Shown piece by piece: positions 22,552 through 32,048 of a DNA stretch of 64,000 bases. The position numbers were made by a program, and so were the translations under genes. Location of the stretch: NCBI GenBank assembly GCA_029860075.1, contig JAOUBX010000011.1, positions 11,031 to 75,030 on the forward strand. The letters run 5' to 3'. This DNA comes from Deltaproteobacteria bacterium. GTDB lineage: Bacteria > Desulfobacterota > JADFVX01. The notes below the pieces were generated by a model that was not told the DNA's origin, did no database searches, and worked only from the letters and a program-made list of their open reading frames with translations. Position 1 is the stretch's first letter. Each line of letters opens with the position of its first letter.

Positions 22552-22596
22552 TTTTGACCTGTTTATGCTTCCGACCCTTTCAGGTGTGGACAAATT

Positions 22597-22612
22597 TGCA
22601 ACTGCCATGCCA
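22597..22612 (-). promoter_or_regulatory. Sigma54 promoter of the module-2/heme operon
   Basis: TGGCATGGCAGTTGCA (GG-N10-GC). Confidence 0.8.
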
Positions 22613-22699
22613 TTCGTCTAAACCCGCTAAAAGTCGACAATCAAGGCGAGTTTTGCTAATAGGGCATCTTTTTTTCGGATAAAAAGCGAACAGTAAAGT

Positions 22700-22714
22700 G
22701 GTAACATTCTTACC
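22700..22714. promoter_or_regulatory. Putative enhancer (UAS) between divergent sigma54 promoters
   Basis: GGTAA-cattc-TTACC; additional half-site GGTAA at 22736. Confidence 0.7.
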
Positions 22715-22811
22715 AGTAAAAAGTGTAGTTAGAGTGGTAAAGTATTTTAAAATCCGGCAAGAATATAGTATCTTTAAGGTCTACAGCAAGACAGGCACAT
22801 AAAGAGACAAG

Positions 22812-22828
22812 TTGGTACTTTTTTTGCT
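22812..22828 (+). promoter_or_regulatory. Sigma54 promoter of the SCO/PCuAC operon
   Basis: TTGGTACTTTTTTTGCT (GG-N10-GC). Confidence 0.7.
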
Positions 22829-22868
22829 CACGAAATGAAGGTATAAAAGATTTAAAAGGAGAATATGA

Positions 22869-22964
22869 ATGATTAAAAAAGAACACCTGCCCAATATTGT
22901 TATCATGTCCGGCCTGGTAGTAAATGTTATCGTCATTGTGGCAATCCTCTACTTCTACCTCTAG
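22869..22964 (+). CDS. Small single-TM protein, 31 aa (not in ORF track)
   Basis: SD AAAGGAGA; MIKKEHLPNIVIMSGLVVNVIVIVAILYFYL*. Confidence 0.65.
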   Translation: MIKKEHLPNIVIMSGLVVNVIVIVAILYFYL

Positions 22965-23009
22965 GACTCATTCAAAGTGATAAACAACATGAAAGGGACA
23001 TGATCGAGG

Positions 23010-23639
23010 ATGCCTGAAAAAAAAACGTGCTTTTTAAATATAAGTCTCATTATCTTGGCACTAAGCTTCAGTTTAACGCTTTTACCTTTTTCCCATTTAA
23101 GAGCGAGTGAATCTCATGCAGAGGAAAATGTTTCACCTGAAATGCCCCCCGGTGGCAATTTCACACTAAACTCTGCCGACGGAGCAATATCCTTAAACAG
23201 ATATAAAGGCAAGGTAGTCGCCCTCCTCTTCGGCTACACAGAGTGCCCTGAGATTTGTCCCGGCTTCCTGACGGTAATGTCCAGGGCCTTTGCAGGGCTC
23301 AGCGAAGATGACGTTAAAAAGGTAAGGGGCTTTTTTATCAGCTTCGATCCGCAGCGGGACTCTCTTGAAAAACTCAAGGAATATTCGGCATACTTTCACC
23401 CAAATATAGCAGGCCTCAGCGGTTCAGTAGAAGAAGTTGAAAAGGTAGCGGAGCAATATGGTGCGCTTTACTATAAAATTGAGAAAGGCGGATCGCCCGG
23501 AGACTATCACTTTCTTCACTCAGCCAACATCTACCTCATAAGCCCGGAAGGCAAACTGGAATATATATTCAATGAAAACTCACCACCATCGGAAGTGACG
23601 GCAGCTATCCGGAGTCTGCTCGAAAAAGGGAAATTGTAA
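23010..23639 (+). CDS. SCO1/SenC family copper chaperone
   Basis: FGYTECPEICP (CxxxC), SFDPQRD, conserved His in FLHS. Confidence 0.92.
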   Translation: MPEKKTCFLNISLIILALSFSLTLLPFSHLRASESHAEENVSPEMPPGGNFTLNSADGAISLNRYKGKVVALLFGYTECPEICPGFLTVMSRAFAGLSEDDVKKVRGFFISFDPQRDSLEKLKEYSAYFHPNIAGLSGSVEEVEKVAEQYGALYYKIEKGGSPGDYHFLHSANIYLISPEGKLEYIFNENSPPSEVTAAIRSLLEKGKL

Positions 23640-23644
23640 TCTCT

Positions 23645-24094
23645 ATGATACGCATAATAATTATAACGGTCCTTCTTTCCCTTGCAGCCTGCACATCCAA
23701 AATGGCAATCCCTGCGCCTGAAGAGGCCTCCCTAATCAAGGTATCCAATCCATACATCCTGGAGCTTCCGCCTGTTTCAAAAAACAGCGCTGCATACATG
23801 GAGTTGCTAAACAAAGGCAACAGGGATGTATCTCTCATCGCAGTTTCAAGCCCTGCATCGGCTTCAGCCTCATTTCATGACCATATCCACAAAAATGGTC
23901 TCATGATGATGGAAAAACTCGACAAAGTAGCAATAAATAGCGGTGAGTCACTAAACTTCAAAGTCGGCAGCCTCCATATCATGCTGGCAGGGCTCAAAGA
24001 AAGCCTCTACAAAGGTGACATTGTTCCCCTGACATTTACCTTCAGCGACAGCAGTACACTTACAATCAATATTCCGGTACGAAAACGACAATAG
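23645..24094 (+). CDS. PCuAC family periplasmic copper chaperone (lipoprotein)
   Basis: LAAC lipobox, SAAYM, FHDH...MMM, HIML. Confidence 0.9.
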   Translation: MIRIIIITVLLSLAACTSKMAIPAPEEASLIKVSNPYILELPPVSKNSAAYMELLNKGNRDVSLIAVSSPASASASFHDHIHKNGLMMMEKLDKVAINSGESLNFKVGSLHIMLAGLKESLYKGDIVPLTFTFSDSSTLTINIPVRKRQ

Positions 24095-24238
24095 CGGGCT
24101 AAGAAGTACGCCTTCAATGTAATACATCAATAATCCCACCGCAAGCAGAGAGGAATGCACCCGCCAGGGATTCTTATGCCTGATTTCTTGTTGAGAAAAT
24201 AATTGATAATTCTATCAAGTTGAAGTAACATGTAACCC

Positions 24239-24475
24239 ATGAAATTTGAAATAAGTGAAGAAACACGACAAAAAACGACAAAGTGTAAGAAAGATTTTTC
24301 ATGCCTGTCAGGTTTAGGAAAAGATATCTGCCAAGTTGATCATTTCCATGTTAAAGTAATTTGCTATATCAAATGTTCATCTACCGAAAATTGCAATTAT
24401 AGAACTGCCTTGTATGAAAGACCTATTTGTGCATGTCCCACAAGGCGAGAACTTCATGACAGGTATAATATATAA
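24239..24475 (+). CDS. Small Cys-rich hypothetical protein
   Basis: 78 aa with 8 Cys (CKKDFSC...CACPTR). Confidence 0.65.
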   Translation: MKFEISEETRQKTTKCKKDFSCLSGLGKDICQVDHFHVKVICYIKCSSTENCNYRTALYERPICACPTRRELHDRYNI

Positions 24476-24681
24476 AGCAGCCTTATTATAGCTCTAAGCG
24501 CTCTTTCCTGCACTGATCAACACAACCCTTATCCTAAAAGCAGCAGTAAGCTTATTATTAATATCCCCATATAAAGACGTCACTAGCGCCCTTCTCCTAT
24601 TGAGTTAAACGTTTTCCAGCCACATCTCCTATCTCCGGCAACCGGGCATGATAGTCGAATTCATGGAAGGCGGGAATTTCC

Positions 24682-24882
24682 ATGAATAAAATTTTTGAAT
24701 CAAAGTGGGAGGCTATGACTCTAAACGATTGGATCGGGCTTGCTGTAACGGCAGTTATATTTATCTTCATGATAGTTGCTTACATCTATGTACTTAAACC
24801 AAATAACCGCGAAAAACTGGAAGCCCGCAGAAATATCATAATGAAGGAAGATTCCTCAGACAAGGATGGTGCAGATGACTGA
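24682..24882 (+). CDS. ccoQ: cbb3-type oxidase subunit CcoQ-like
   Basis: Single TM followed by YVLKPNNREKLE; overlaps the ccoP start. Confidence 0.75.
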   Translation: MNKIFESKWEAMTLNDWIGLAVTAVIFIFMIVAYIYVLKPNNREKLEARRNIIMKEDSSDKDGADD

Positions 24883-25741
24883 TAAACACGACCCCTACAA
24901 AGCAAAAGATACGGGGCATGTATGGGATGATGACATAAGAGAGCTTGATAACCCCCCACCCAGATGGTGGATATTGGGGATTCACCTTAGCTGGATCAGC
25001 ATACTTGTATACTGCATCCTTTATCCAAGCATACCCTTAATTAACGACTCAACCAAAGGCATCCTTGGATGGACGCAGATTAAAGAATTTAAATCAAAGG
25101 TGGCTGAGGTGGAGGCCATCAGAAAACCTTATAATGATAAGATAGCGGCAATGACGGCGGAAGAAGTATTAAAAGATGCAGAACTCCTCAACTTTGCTCA
25201 AATTTCATCCAGGGTCGTCTTTGGAGACTTTTGCGCCCCCTGCCACGGAGCGGGCGGACAAGGAGGGAAAAACTACCCTGTCCTCGCCGATGACGATTGG
25301 CTTTACGGCGGTTCACTGGAAGCAATAACGAAGAGTATTACTAACGGTAGAATAGGTGATATGCCGGGTCACAGTGAAATGCTGACGGAGCAGGAAATCA
25401 ACGATGTTGTCAAATACGTAGCAGGCCTCTCTACAGGACAAGTACACGAAGCGGGCAAGGCCGTCTACATGGGGAAGTCGGAAAATCGTGAGGCCAGGTG
25501 CTACACATGTCATGGCAGGGACGGTAAAGGAAAACAGAGCAAAGGCGCACCAGACCTGACCGATGCCATCTGGCGCTTTGACGGCAGCGAAGCAGGTATC
25601 AAACATACCATCGTACATGGAGTCAATTACGGAGGACCTCCAACAAGAAAGGCAAAAATGCCCGCCTTCAATAGAAAGCTGAGCGAAATTCAGATTAAAA
25701 AGCTTGCCCTTATGGTCTACCAATTCAGCGGTGGACAATAG
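24875..25741 (+). CDS. ccoP: cbb3-type oxidase diheme subunit CcoP-like
   Basis: TGHVWDDDIRELDNPPPRWW, CAPCH, LADDDWLYGG, CYTCH. Confidence 0.9.
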   Translation: MTDKHDPYKAKDTGHVWDDDIRELDNPPPRWWILGIHLSWISILVYCILYPSIPLINDSTKGILGWTQIKEFKSKVAEVEAIRKPYNDKIAAMTAEEVLKDAELLNFAQISSRVVFGDFCAPCHGAGGQGGKNYPVLADDDWLYGGSLEAITKSITNGRIGDMPGHSEMLTEQEINDVVKYVAGLSTGQVHEAGKAVYMGKSENREARCYTCHGRDGKGKQSKGAPDLTDAIWRFDGSEAGIKHTIVHGVNYGGPPTRKAKMPAFNRKLSEIQIKKLALMVYQFSGGQ

Positions 25742-25934
25742 TTAACAGTCATATATTTTTTAGGTCGGGATTTAAGTCCGGGATATCGGTTAAAGAAGGC
25801 AATCTAACAGGAATATGTGTGCTGATCCATAAACTTACCTTAATAGCAAAGGGCCTTTCCCTTGCATATACTTCAATCCATGCTACTATCATAATAGAGC
25901 ATTGAAAATCTTCCCAACCTCAGAGGGGGAAAAA

Positions 25935-26282
25935 GTGGATGAAAAGCTGAAGGAAAATATTAAAAGTCAAAGCACATGGATGAGGGGACTTTATATGCTC
26001 CTCTTTGCATTGATCTACAGTATAGCTGAAATAGTCGTCCTATTTATTGCGGTTTTCCAGTTTGTACTGACCCTGTTTACAGGTAAAGTAAATGAACGTC
26101 TTCTTAATTTCAGCGGGAGTCTGAGTACATTCATTTACCAGACAATGTTGTTTTTCATGTTTAACAGCGAAGAAAAACCTTACCCTTTCTCACCCTGGCC
26201 CAAAGGCGCACCTAAAACTTATAAGAGTTCAACTTCAAAAGAAAAAAGGAAGCCAAAAAGTATTAAGGAGGAAGATCAATAA
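25935..26282 (+). CDS. DUF4389-like membrane protein
   Basis: WMRGLYMLLF...QF...NERL...EEKPYPFSPWP; GTG start after GGGGGA. Confidence 0.8.
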   Translation: MDEKLKENIKSQSTWMRGLYMLLFALIYSIAEIVVLFIAVFQFVLTLFTGKVNERLLNFSGSLSTFIYQTMLFFMFNSEEKPYPFSPWPKGAPKTYKSSTSKEKRKPKSIKEEDQ

Positions 26283-26519
26283 AGGAGGCTTTCCTATAGT
26301 CTCTTTATTAGCTATTTCAACATTTCTTCCTGAAGTCATCAAAAATACACTCTCTAGGAGCCTATGGGAAGTCGATTTAAAATTTACATCACTTTGAATC
26401 TATATTTGAATAATTTGTTGAAATTTCATATTAAAAGAATACTTTATTTAGCGCGTAGAAAAGATAATAAGATGAAGAGATGATGCAGTTTATCTAATGT
26501 ATGATTTATAGGTTCTGCA

Positions 26520-26816
26520 ATGGCTACAAGTGAAGGAGAGTATAACCCTAAAAGGCAGCATGTTCGAATAAAGGAAAAAAAGAAATGTATCTTGAGAGTC
26601 GCCTCTCTCAATTCAGAGGGGAGTGAGGCTATTTTTGTCGAAACATTAGATCACTCTAAAGGCGGGCTGGGCATTATTTACGATGGTGAAAAACTCTCAA
26701 TCGGTAATAGGTTTTTCGTATATATTGATACCTTGAATATTTCCAGCAAAGCGGCGGAGATTGTATGGTTGAGGCAGCTTAACGGAAATTATACAGCTGG
26801 ACTTCGGTGGCTATGA
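26520..26816 (+). CDS. Stand-alone PilZ-domain protein
   Basis: RQHVR (RxxxR) and DHSKGG (DxSxxG) c-di-GMP motifs. Confidence 0.8.
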   Translation: MATSEGEYNPKRQHVRIKEKKKCILRVASLNSEGSEAIFVETLDHSKGGLGIIYDGEKLSIGNRFFVYIDTLNISSKAAEIVWLRQLNGNYTAGLRWL

Positions 26817-26960
26817 GTCTGTCGGACTTAGGGTAAATCTAGTGCGAAAAAGAAGCTTTCCAGGTGGAAGCTTATCTTGAGGATTCACCACTTTTTTCCT
26901 GCATTGGGAATGCGCCTTTCTTAAAAGTCTTTTGAAAATAAGCACAGAAACCTTGGTCAA

Positions 26961-26999
26961 TAAAAAAATAGGGGCCCGGCCAAATCGGCCAGGCCCTGT
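26961..26999 (-). terminator. Intrinsic terminator after the cytochrome c gene
   Basis: GGCC-GGCC hairpin followed by a T-run on the minus strand. Confidence 0.6.
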
Positions 27000-27020
27000 A
27001 GGAGGGGGGGGTGAAAAATT

Positions 27021-27344
27021 TTAAAGTGTTTTCAGATACTCAACTACCGCCTTAACCTGATCGTCGTTTAGAAACCTGTTAGGCATTTTTGCCCTGGCCG
27101 TTACGGCTTTCGGATTTTTGATCCAGGTGAAGAGACCTTCTTCATCAAGCTTGTCCACATAAATTCCGCTTCGGCCGTAAACACCTTTCAGGCCAGGACC
27201 TACCTTCTTTTTCTCAGTCTTGTTGTGACAAGACATGCATTTTCTTTTAAAAATGTGCTCACCGTCTACCTTTTTTGCAAGAGCAGTACCTGCACTGGTT
27301 GATACAATAGCTGCAACGGCAATAGATGCTATAACTCTGGTCAT
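27021..27344 (-). CDS. Class I monoheme cytochrome c (c2/c550-like)
   Basis: Signal peptide, CMSCH, VGPGLKGV, KMP. Confidence 0.92.
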   Translation of the reverse strand: MTRVIASIAVAAIVSTSAGTALAKKVDGEHIFKRKCMSCHNKTEKKKVGPGLKGVYGRSGIYVDKLDEEGLFTWIKNPKAVTARAKMPNRFLNDDQVKAVVEYLKTL

Positions 27345-27497
27345 TCTTTGTACTCCTTTTTCCTATTTTCTCAAAGTAGATGTATTTGAATATATAAGAT
27401 GCAACTGCCGCCAAAATTATTCCCAAAAAATAAAAAAACTTTAAATAGGTCTTTTTTTATTTAAACCTACTGTATTTGACACTGATTATCATAGATT

Positions 27498-27601
27498 GTC
27501 ATTGCGAGCGAAGCTCGGTGCCCTGAGCGTTAGCGAGGAAATCCCCCTGGTGTGCAATCTTGCACTAGAGATTGCTTCGTCATTTCATTCCTCGCAAAAA
27601 C
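27498..27601. repeat. GTCATTGCGAG-type palindromic element
   Basis: GTCATTGCGAG...GCAATC...GATTGC...CTCGCAA nested inverted repeats. Confidence 0.65.
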
Positions 27602-27630
27602 ATATATTGTTGGTTTCACACGATTAAGCT

Positions 27631-28143
27631 CTAATTGCTGGTGCACCCCTTGAACTCCAACTCCGGCTCTACAGTATGAGTGTAGGGAAGCCCATTTACC
27701 TTCCAGCCGTTGACTGTACGATGGCCTTTTTTATCCTTCGATCCCTCAAAGCTGTCCGACATATAATAGACCTTTTTGAAACCGGCTTCCATAAGCTTTG
27801 TGGCCGCCTGTTCCGCCCTGCCCCCACTTCGGCAGATCATAATGAGTGTCTTATCTTTGGAATATCTCTTTTCAACCATTTCGACAAATTCAGAATTTTC
27901 GTTCCACTTGGGGTAGAAACGAAGGGGAATATTGGGCACACCATTTGGCAAATCAGGGTGACCGACAAACTCATATTCAGCTTTAGTCCTCACATCGACA
28001 ATAAAAGTGTCCCTGGGACTATCCATAACCATCTTGTAGGCCTCTTTAGAATCAACCCCCTTCGCTTCCTCCTCTGCAAATGCAAAACTGCCGGCCATTA
28101 ATAAGAGAACCGAAACGAACACACTAATCCTTGATACCTTCAT
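27631..28143 (-). CDS. Exported rhodanese-domain protein
   Basis: Signal peptide, VDVRTKAEY, CRSGGRA active-site loop, FEG, GWK. Confidence 0.9.
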   Translation of the reverse strand: MKVSRISVFVSVLLLMAGSFAFAEEEAKGVDSKEAYKMVMDSPRDTFIVDVRTKAEYEFVGHPDLPNGVPNIPLRFYPKWNENSEFVEMVEKRYSKDKTLIMICRSGGRAEQAATKLMEAGFKKVYYMSDSFEGSKDKKGHRTVNGWKVNGLPYTHTVEPELEFKGCTSN

Positions 28144-28241
28144 AATCTCTCCTTTTTCCCTTAATTTTCATCAAAAAAAACTGCCTCTACCAGTACTACT
28201 TCAAAGTGAGAAGTTAGTATACATGGGTCAACTATGGTACG

Positions 28242-28365
28242 GGCTGTTGCCCAAATCAAAAGAAGCCCTTCGACAAGCTCAGGGTGACCGTTTTTTAAAA
28301 CAAATATAACAACAATCCTGTCGTGCTGAGCCTGTCGAAGCACTTATCCGATTTGGGCAACAGCC
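28242..28365. mobile_element. MITE-like element with 16-bp terminal inverted repeats enclosing a REP palindrome
   Basis: GGCTGTTGCCCAAATC (28242-28257) and GATTTGGGCAACAGCC (28350-28365); no coding capacity. Confidence 0.65.
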
Positions 28366-28377
28366 TGTAGTAGTTCT

Positions 28378-28524
28378 AACTTTATTTTCAATTTGGAAAG
28401 GAGGGATTTTTTGCAAGGTCAAGGAAATCAAGGGTTTCGCCGAGTCGTACTACTGTACGTCGCACAAGCAAATCTGAAAATTGACGCAGAGATTGCGAAA
28501 AGCACCCTTTCCGGATGAAAACTA
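28378..28524. repeat. Dispersed ~150-bp repeat (MITE-like), copy lacking its left end
   Basis: Closely similar to 35691-35839. Confidence 0.85.
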
Positions 28525-28525
28525 A

Positions 28526-28720
28526 TTAGACTTCACATTTCTTGCATGTAGAAATCCCAAAAATCGTATAAAGTGGGCAATTCCCTACAAGACCCGTCAA
28601 GAGCGGAACTAGTCCCACCAGTCCCCAGAGCGTCTTTGGACCAACAACGACAAGGGATAGCAGAACAAGCCCGGCAACTACACGGATGACTCTCTCAGTA
28701 CTATTTTCATTGATTTTCAT
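28526..28720 (-). CDS. DUF2892/YgaP-like small membrane protein
   Basis: NENSTERVIR...GLVPLLTGLVGNCPLYTIFGISTC. Confidence 0.9.
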   Translation of the reverse strand: MKINENSTERVIRVVAGLVLLSLVVVGPKTLWGLVGLVPLLTGLVGNCPLYTIFGISTCKKCEV

Positions 28721-28869
28721 CTTTCCTTCCTCCTTTAGTTTTGTCCTTCTAAATATGAAGAACCGGATTTGCTAAAAAGGATTCAAAAATAAATCTGTAA
28801 AAAATATGTGTAAAGAATACACGCCCGGAGGACGTGGCCTTGCTTGAGCCCTAAAAGGGCTTGCTTTTC

Positions 28870-29056
28870 CTTCCCGTTAAAAGGCAGCCGAGTGTAGCCG
28901 TTGACTGAGGATGAAGGGCACAAACTGTCTGAGCGAAGCGAGTTTTTGTGCCCGCCGAAGGCAACGGTGAAAGGAGGGGAGTCCCGCCTTGGCGGGACCA
29001 AGTTTTAGGGCGGCCTTTCTTTTGTTACTTTTCTTTGTCCGCAAAAGAAAAGTAAA
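28870..29056. repeat. Structured non-coding repeat-like element
   Basis: Multiple hairpins: GGGCACAAA...TTTGTGCCC, GTCCCGCC-tt-GGCGGGAC, TTACTTTTCTTT-loop-AAAGAAAAGTAA. Confidence 0.55.
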
Positions 29057-29182
29057 ATTATTATGGCATACCCTTTTAACTCTAACCCCGCACAAAGGAC
29101 GGGGATTTCAAAGATTAATTAAAAAAGGGGTACACAAACTTCAATTAAGAGGAAAAAAGGAAGGGAGGACAGGACAAGAAAG

Positions 29183-29419
29183 CTACATTTTCTCCATCTC
29201 CCTCTGTATGAGTTCCTTAAGTCGCTTCCTGTCATCATGTGGTAATTTTTTTGTTTTTGTTCTCTTGATGAGAGCGACACTCTTTCGAAAGGTATCCAGT
29301 GTCTCTTTGCACTCCGTACAGTGGCCGATATGGCGCTCCGCCTCTTCAATCATGGCCAGGTCCATCTCACCGTCAAGATATTCCGACATTTTACCGAAGA
29401 GATCCTTACACTTTACCAT
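29183..29419 (-). CDS. Zinc-finger (zf-HC2) anti-sigma factor
   Basis: C...SEYLDGE...HIGHCTEC; directly downstream of an ECF sigma factor. Confidence 0.88.
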   Translation of the reverse strand: MVKCKDLFGKMSEYLDGEMDLAMIEEAERHIGHCTECKETLDTFRKSVALIKRTKTKKLPHDDRKRLKELIQREMEKM

Positions 29420-29422
29420 ATT

Positions 29423-30016
29423 TTACCTCTTTGCCTTTTCGCTTCCAAAATAGTCCTTCAACTCATCTCTAACAAAGAGCCTCGCCCTGTGAAGACGTGA
29501 CTTTACAGCAGCCGTGGAGATATCAAGTACGCGGGCCGTCTCCTCTCCGCTCAGGCCTTCTGCATCACGAAGGACGATGACGAGACGGTATTTCTTGGGA
29601 AGCTTGCCTATTGCTTCCTCTATTTGGCCTGCCAGTTCGGCATTAAGCGCCTGACCTTCGGGCACTAGCGCTTCATCAGGTATCTCCAGAGCGGTGCCCC
29701 CTTCCTGCGGCAAAAACTGCTCCAGGGAAAGCTCGAAATTCGGTTCATTTACTCCCTTTCTCTTATATTTATAACAGGAATTGGCAGCAACCTTGTAAAG
29801 CCAGTTCTTGAAGCTCGCATCTCCCCGGAATTCGGCAAGATACCTGAAGGCATTGAGAAAGGTTTCCTGGGTTACATCAGCGGCCCCTTCCGGACATCGG
29901 CACATACGATAGAGAAAGCCATATATCCTGTCCTCATATCGGCTCAGCAGTTCATCAAATGCAGAAGCATCACCATTTTTAAAACGTTCTACAACTATGC
30001 GATCAGAGTCCGTCAT
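29423..30016 (-). CDS. ECF RNA polymerase sigma factor
   Basis: DVTQETFL, FKNWLYKVAAN, VKSRLHRAR. Confidence 0.93.
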   Translation of the reverse strand: MTDSDRIVVERFKNGDASAFDELLSRYEDRIYGFLYRMCRCPEGAADVTQETFLNAFRYLAEFRGDASFKNWLYKVAANSCYKYKRKGVNEPNFELSLEQFLPQEGGTALEIPDEALVPEGQALNAELAGQIEEAIGKLPKKYRLVIVLRDAEGLSGEETARVLDISTAAVKSRLHRARLFVRDELKDYFGSEKAKR

Positions 30017-30266
30017 CTATTAATTATACCTTAACATAAGAAGTTAAGTATCAGTGGAGGGATTTTTTTCTCTAATGGAAAAAATTTCTGCCATATAATG
30101 ATTAAGCTCCCCCCTCACCTGCATCCTCACTTAATACCAAGGGCACTTTTCACTTTGTCCGTGCGCACTCGAAGTGACAGGTCAGTGCAATTTCCTAACC
30201 GTATATTGCTGACTTTGAGTCAGTATTGCTTAAAAAGATAATAATCACAAGGCTGAGATCATCAGA

Positions 30267-30713
30267 TCAAGCCCCCTGAGAGACTATCTCCACCAGCTTA
30301 ATCTCAAAGTTAAGCTCTTTCCCTGCCAGCGGATGATTGGCATCAACGGTTATAGTGTCATCCTTTATTTCGGTAATCCTCACATTGATAACGGTATTTT
30401 CATCGGCATTGGCCCTGAGTGTCATTCCGATCTTAGGCTCTAAACCTTCCGGCAGTTGGTCCCGGCCGATAAGAGTGAACATCTCCGCATTGGGTTCTCC
30501 ATAGGCCTCCTCCGGCGGTATGCTTATGTTTTTCTCCTTTCCCACTTCGAGACCAACAACAGCCTTTTCGAAAGCAGGGAGTACCATTTCTTTGCCGATG
30601 GTAAACTCAAAAGGCTTCGATTCATCTGAAGCGTCAAAAAGAGAGCCGTCTTCGAAGGTCCCTTTGTAGAGGACCTTTACCATATCACCATCTTTCGCTA
30701 TTTTCTTGTCCAT
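30267..30713 (-). CDS. FKBP-type peptidyl-prolyl isomerase (SlyD/FkpB-like)
   Basis: YKGTFEDGSLFD, PPEEAYG, VDANHPLAGKELNF; start moved to ATG 30713. Confidence 0.92.
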   Translation of the reverse strand: MDKKIAKDGDMVKVLYKGTFEDGSLFDASDESKPFEFTIGKEMVLPAFEKAVVGLEVGKEKNISIPPEEAYGEPNAEMFTLIGRDQLPEGLEPKIGMTLRANADENTVINVRITEIKDDTITVDANHPLAGKELNFEIKLVEIVSQGA

Positions 30714-30737
30714 CTTGTTATTCCTTTCAATTCTTAT

Positions 30738-30769
30738 TAAAAAAGGCGGCAGGAACACCCTGCCGCCTC
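30738..30769 (-). terminator. Intrinsic terminator after the cytochrome pair
   Basis: AGGCGGCAGG-loop-CCTGCCGCCT followed by a T-run on the minus strand. Confidence 0.75.
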
Positions 30770-30794
30770 TCAAAAGCGCTTAACTCTGAAACAA

Positions 30795-31157
30795 TTACTT
30801 TCCTTTGCACTTACAAAGCACCCGCAAATGCTTGATCAAGGCATCTACCTCTTTATCAGTCAGGGTCTTCGACCAGGGAGGCATCATGGGTGACTTGCTA
30901 AGTGCAGGACCGCCATCAATAATAACATTCTTAAGATCAGCATTGGAGAGTTTATTCATCTCCGCTGCATTAGTAAAGTTCCTCGGTGTAACAGGCATAT
31001 CCTTTGTAACATTGGGCCCGTCACCCTTACCTCCCACACCATGACACTGGGCGCAGTAAAAACTATAAAGCTCCTTTCCACCAGCTGCATCAGCCTGAGG
31101 CGTTGCTGCCAGAAGGAAAGAAAAAACCGCTAATAAACATACAGTAATTCTCATCAT
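30795..31157 (-). CDS. Monoheme cytochrome c
   Basis: Signal peptide, CAQCH, PRNFT, MMPPW. Confidence 0.9.
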   Translation of the reverse strand: MMRITVCLLAVFSFLLAATPQADAAGGKELYSFYCAQCHGVGGKGDGPNVTKDMPVTPRNFTNAAEMNKLSNADLKNVIIDGGPALSKSPMMPPWSKTLTDKEVDALIKHLRVLCKCKGK

Positions 31158-31182
31158 ATCAATCTCTCCTTATTCAACTATC

Positions 31183-31860
31183 TTATTTGAAGCTGGCAAC
31201 AAAGGCCGATACATTTTTCATGTCTTTATCCTTCAGAAGACCCTTAAATACAGGCATAATCTTGACAGGCTTGAAAACCTTTGGATTTACCATATAGGCA
31301 TAGATCCAGTCAGGATTGAGTCGTTTGCCGGCTCCGACAAGTGACGGACCGGTCATACCACCGGATATTTTTTTCTTGAAGGGATATTGATGACAACCTG
31401 AACAGGGCATTTTTTTCATAAATATAAGCTTACCCTTTGGATTTTTCTTAGGCTTGATAACCCCTGCTTTGACATCCTTAGAAGTGAGTGTCATAAGGTA
31501 ATCTGTCACATTTGCCGCATCCCCCCCTGAGAGTTTAGGATGATTTCCTGGATTCTTCTTTGTCAGGGAATTAAAGGCTAATGGTCTGATGGGCTTGGGA
31601 TCCTGAAGCCATTTGGCCATCCACTCCTTCTGAAATTTGCTTCCCGCATACCAGAGTTCAGGCCCTTTTTTCTTTTTCTGATCGGCTATTGTCTTCTCAC
31701 GGGCAGGGCCTTTCGTATAATGACAACTTCCACCGCATTTCTTTGCCTTAAAAACCTTCTTTCCTGCCGCCGCATCGGCCCAGCTCATCCCGTTTGCCGC
31801 CAGAATGAAAGCAAATACCGACACTACTGATACTGTTCTCTTCCAAGTCACCACATTCAA
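31183..31860 (-). CDS. Diheme cytochrome c with one atypical CX3CH motif
   Basis: Signal peptide, CGGSCH and CSGCH, GPEL/GPSL, IMP. Confidence 0.85.
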   Translation of the reverse strand: MNVVTWKRTVSVVSVFAFILAANGMSWADAAAGKKVFKAKKCGGSCHYTKGPAREKTIADQKKKKGPELWYAGSKFQKEWMAKWLQDPKPIRPLAFNSLTKKNPGNHPKLSGGDAANVTDYLMTLTSKDVKAGVIKPKKNPKGKLIFMKKMPCSGCHQYPFKKKISGGMTGPSLVGAGKRLNPDWIYAYMVNPKVFKPVKIMPVFKGLLKDKDMKNVSAFVASFK

Positions 31861-31878
31861 CCTCCTGATTATTTATTT

Positions 31879-32040
31879 AGGGAATCTCTAAATATTCCGG
31901 GCGAGAATATAAAGGAATCAAAAAAGTCAGATTCAAGGCAAAAATTGCAGTCTATAGTGAGTCTATAGGTCAAATTTTTAACGCAGAAGGTGGCTTTTTT
32001 GAACCTTTAGATGCCGGTCATGAATTTTTAGAGGTACCCT
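31879..32040. mobile_element. MITE-like element
   Basis: Terminal inverted repeats AGGGAATCTCTAAA / TTTAGAGGTACCCT (12 of 14 match); no ORF. Confidence 0.55.
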
Positions 32041-32048
32041 TTATACTT

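Noticed and set aside
24644-24660. Sigma54 promoter for ccoQP (GGGCATGATAGTCGA)
   Set aside because: The -12 element is too degenerate and no palindrome is present upstream.
27398-27416. Sigma54 promoter for the small cytochrome c (TTGGCGGCAGTTGC)
   Set aside because: GG-to-GC spacing is 8 nt rather than the required 10, and no UAS is nearby.
28783-29453. ORFs 28783-29001, 28877-29095 and 28989-29453 (and similarly 28161-28343)
   Set aside because: These are translations of palindromic repeats or antisense shadows of real genes.
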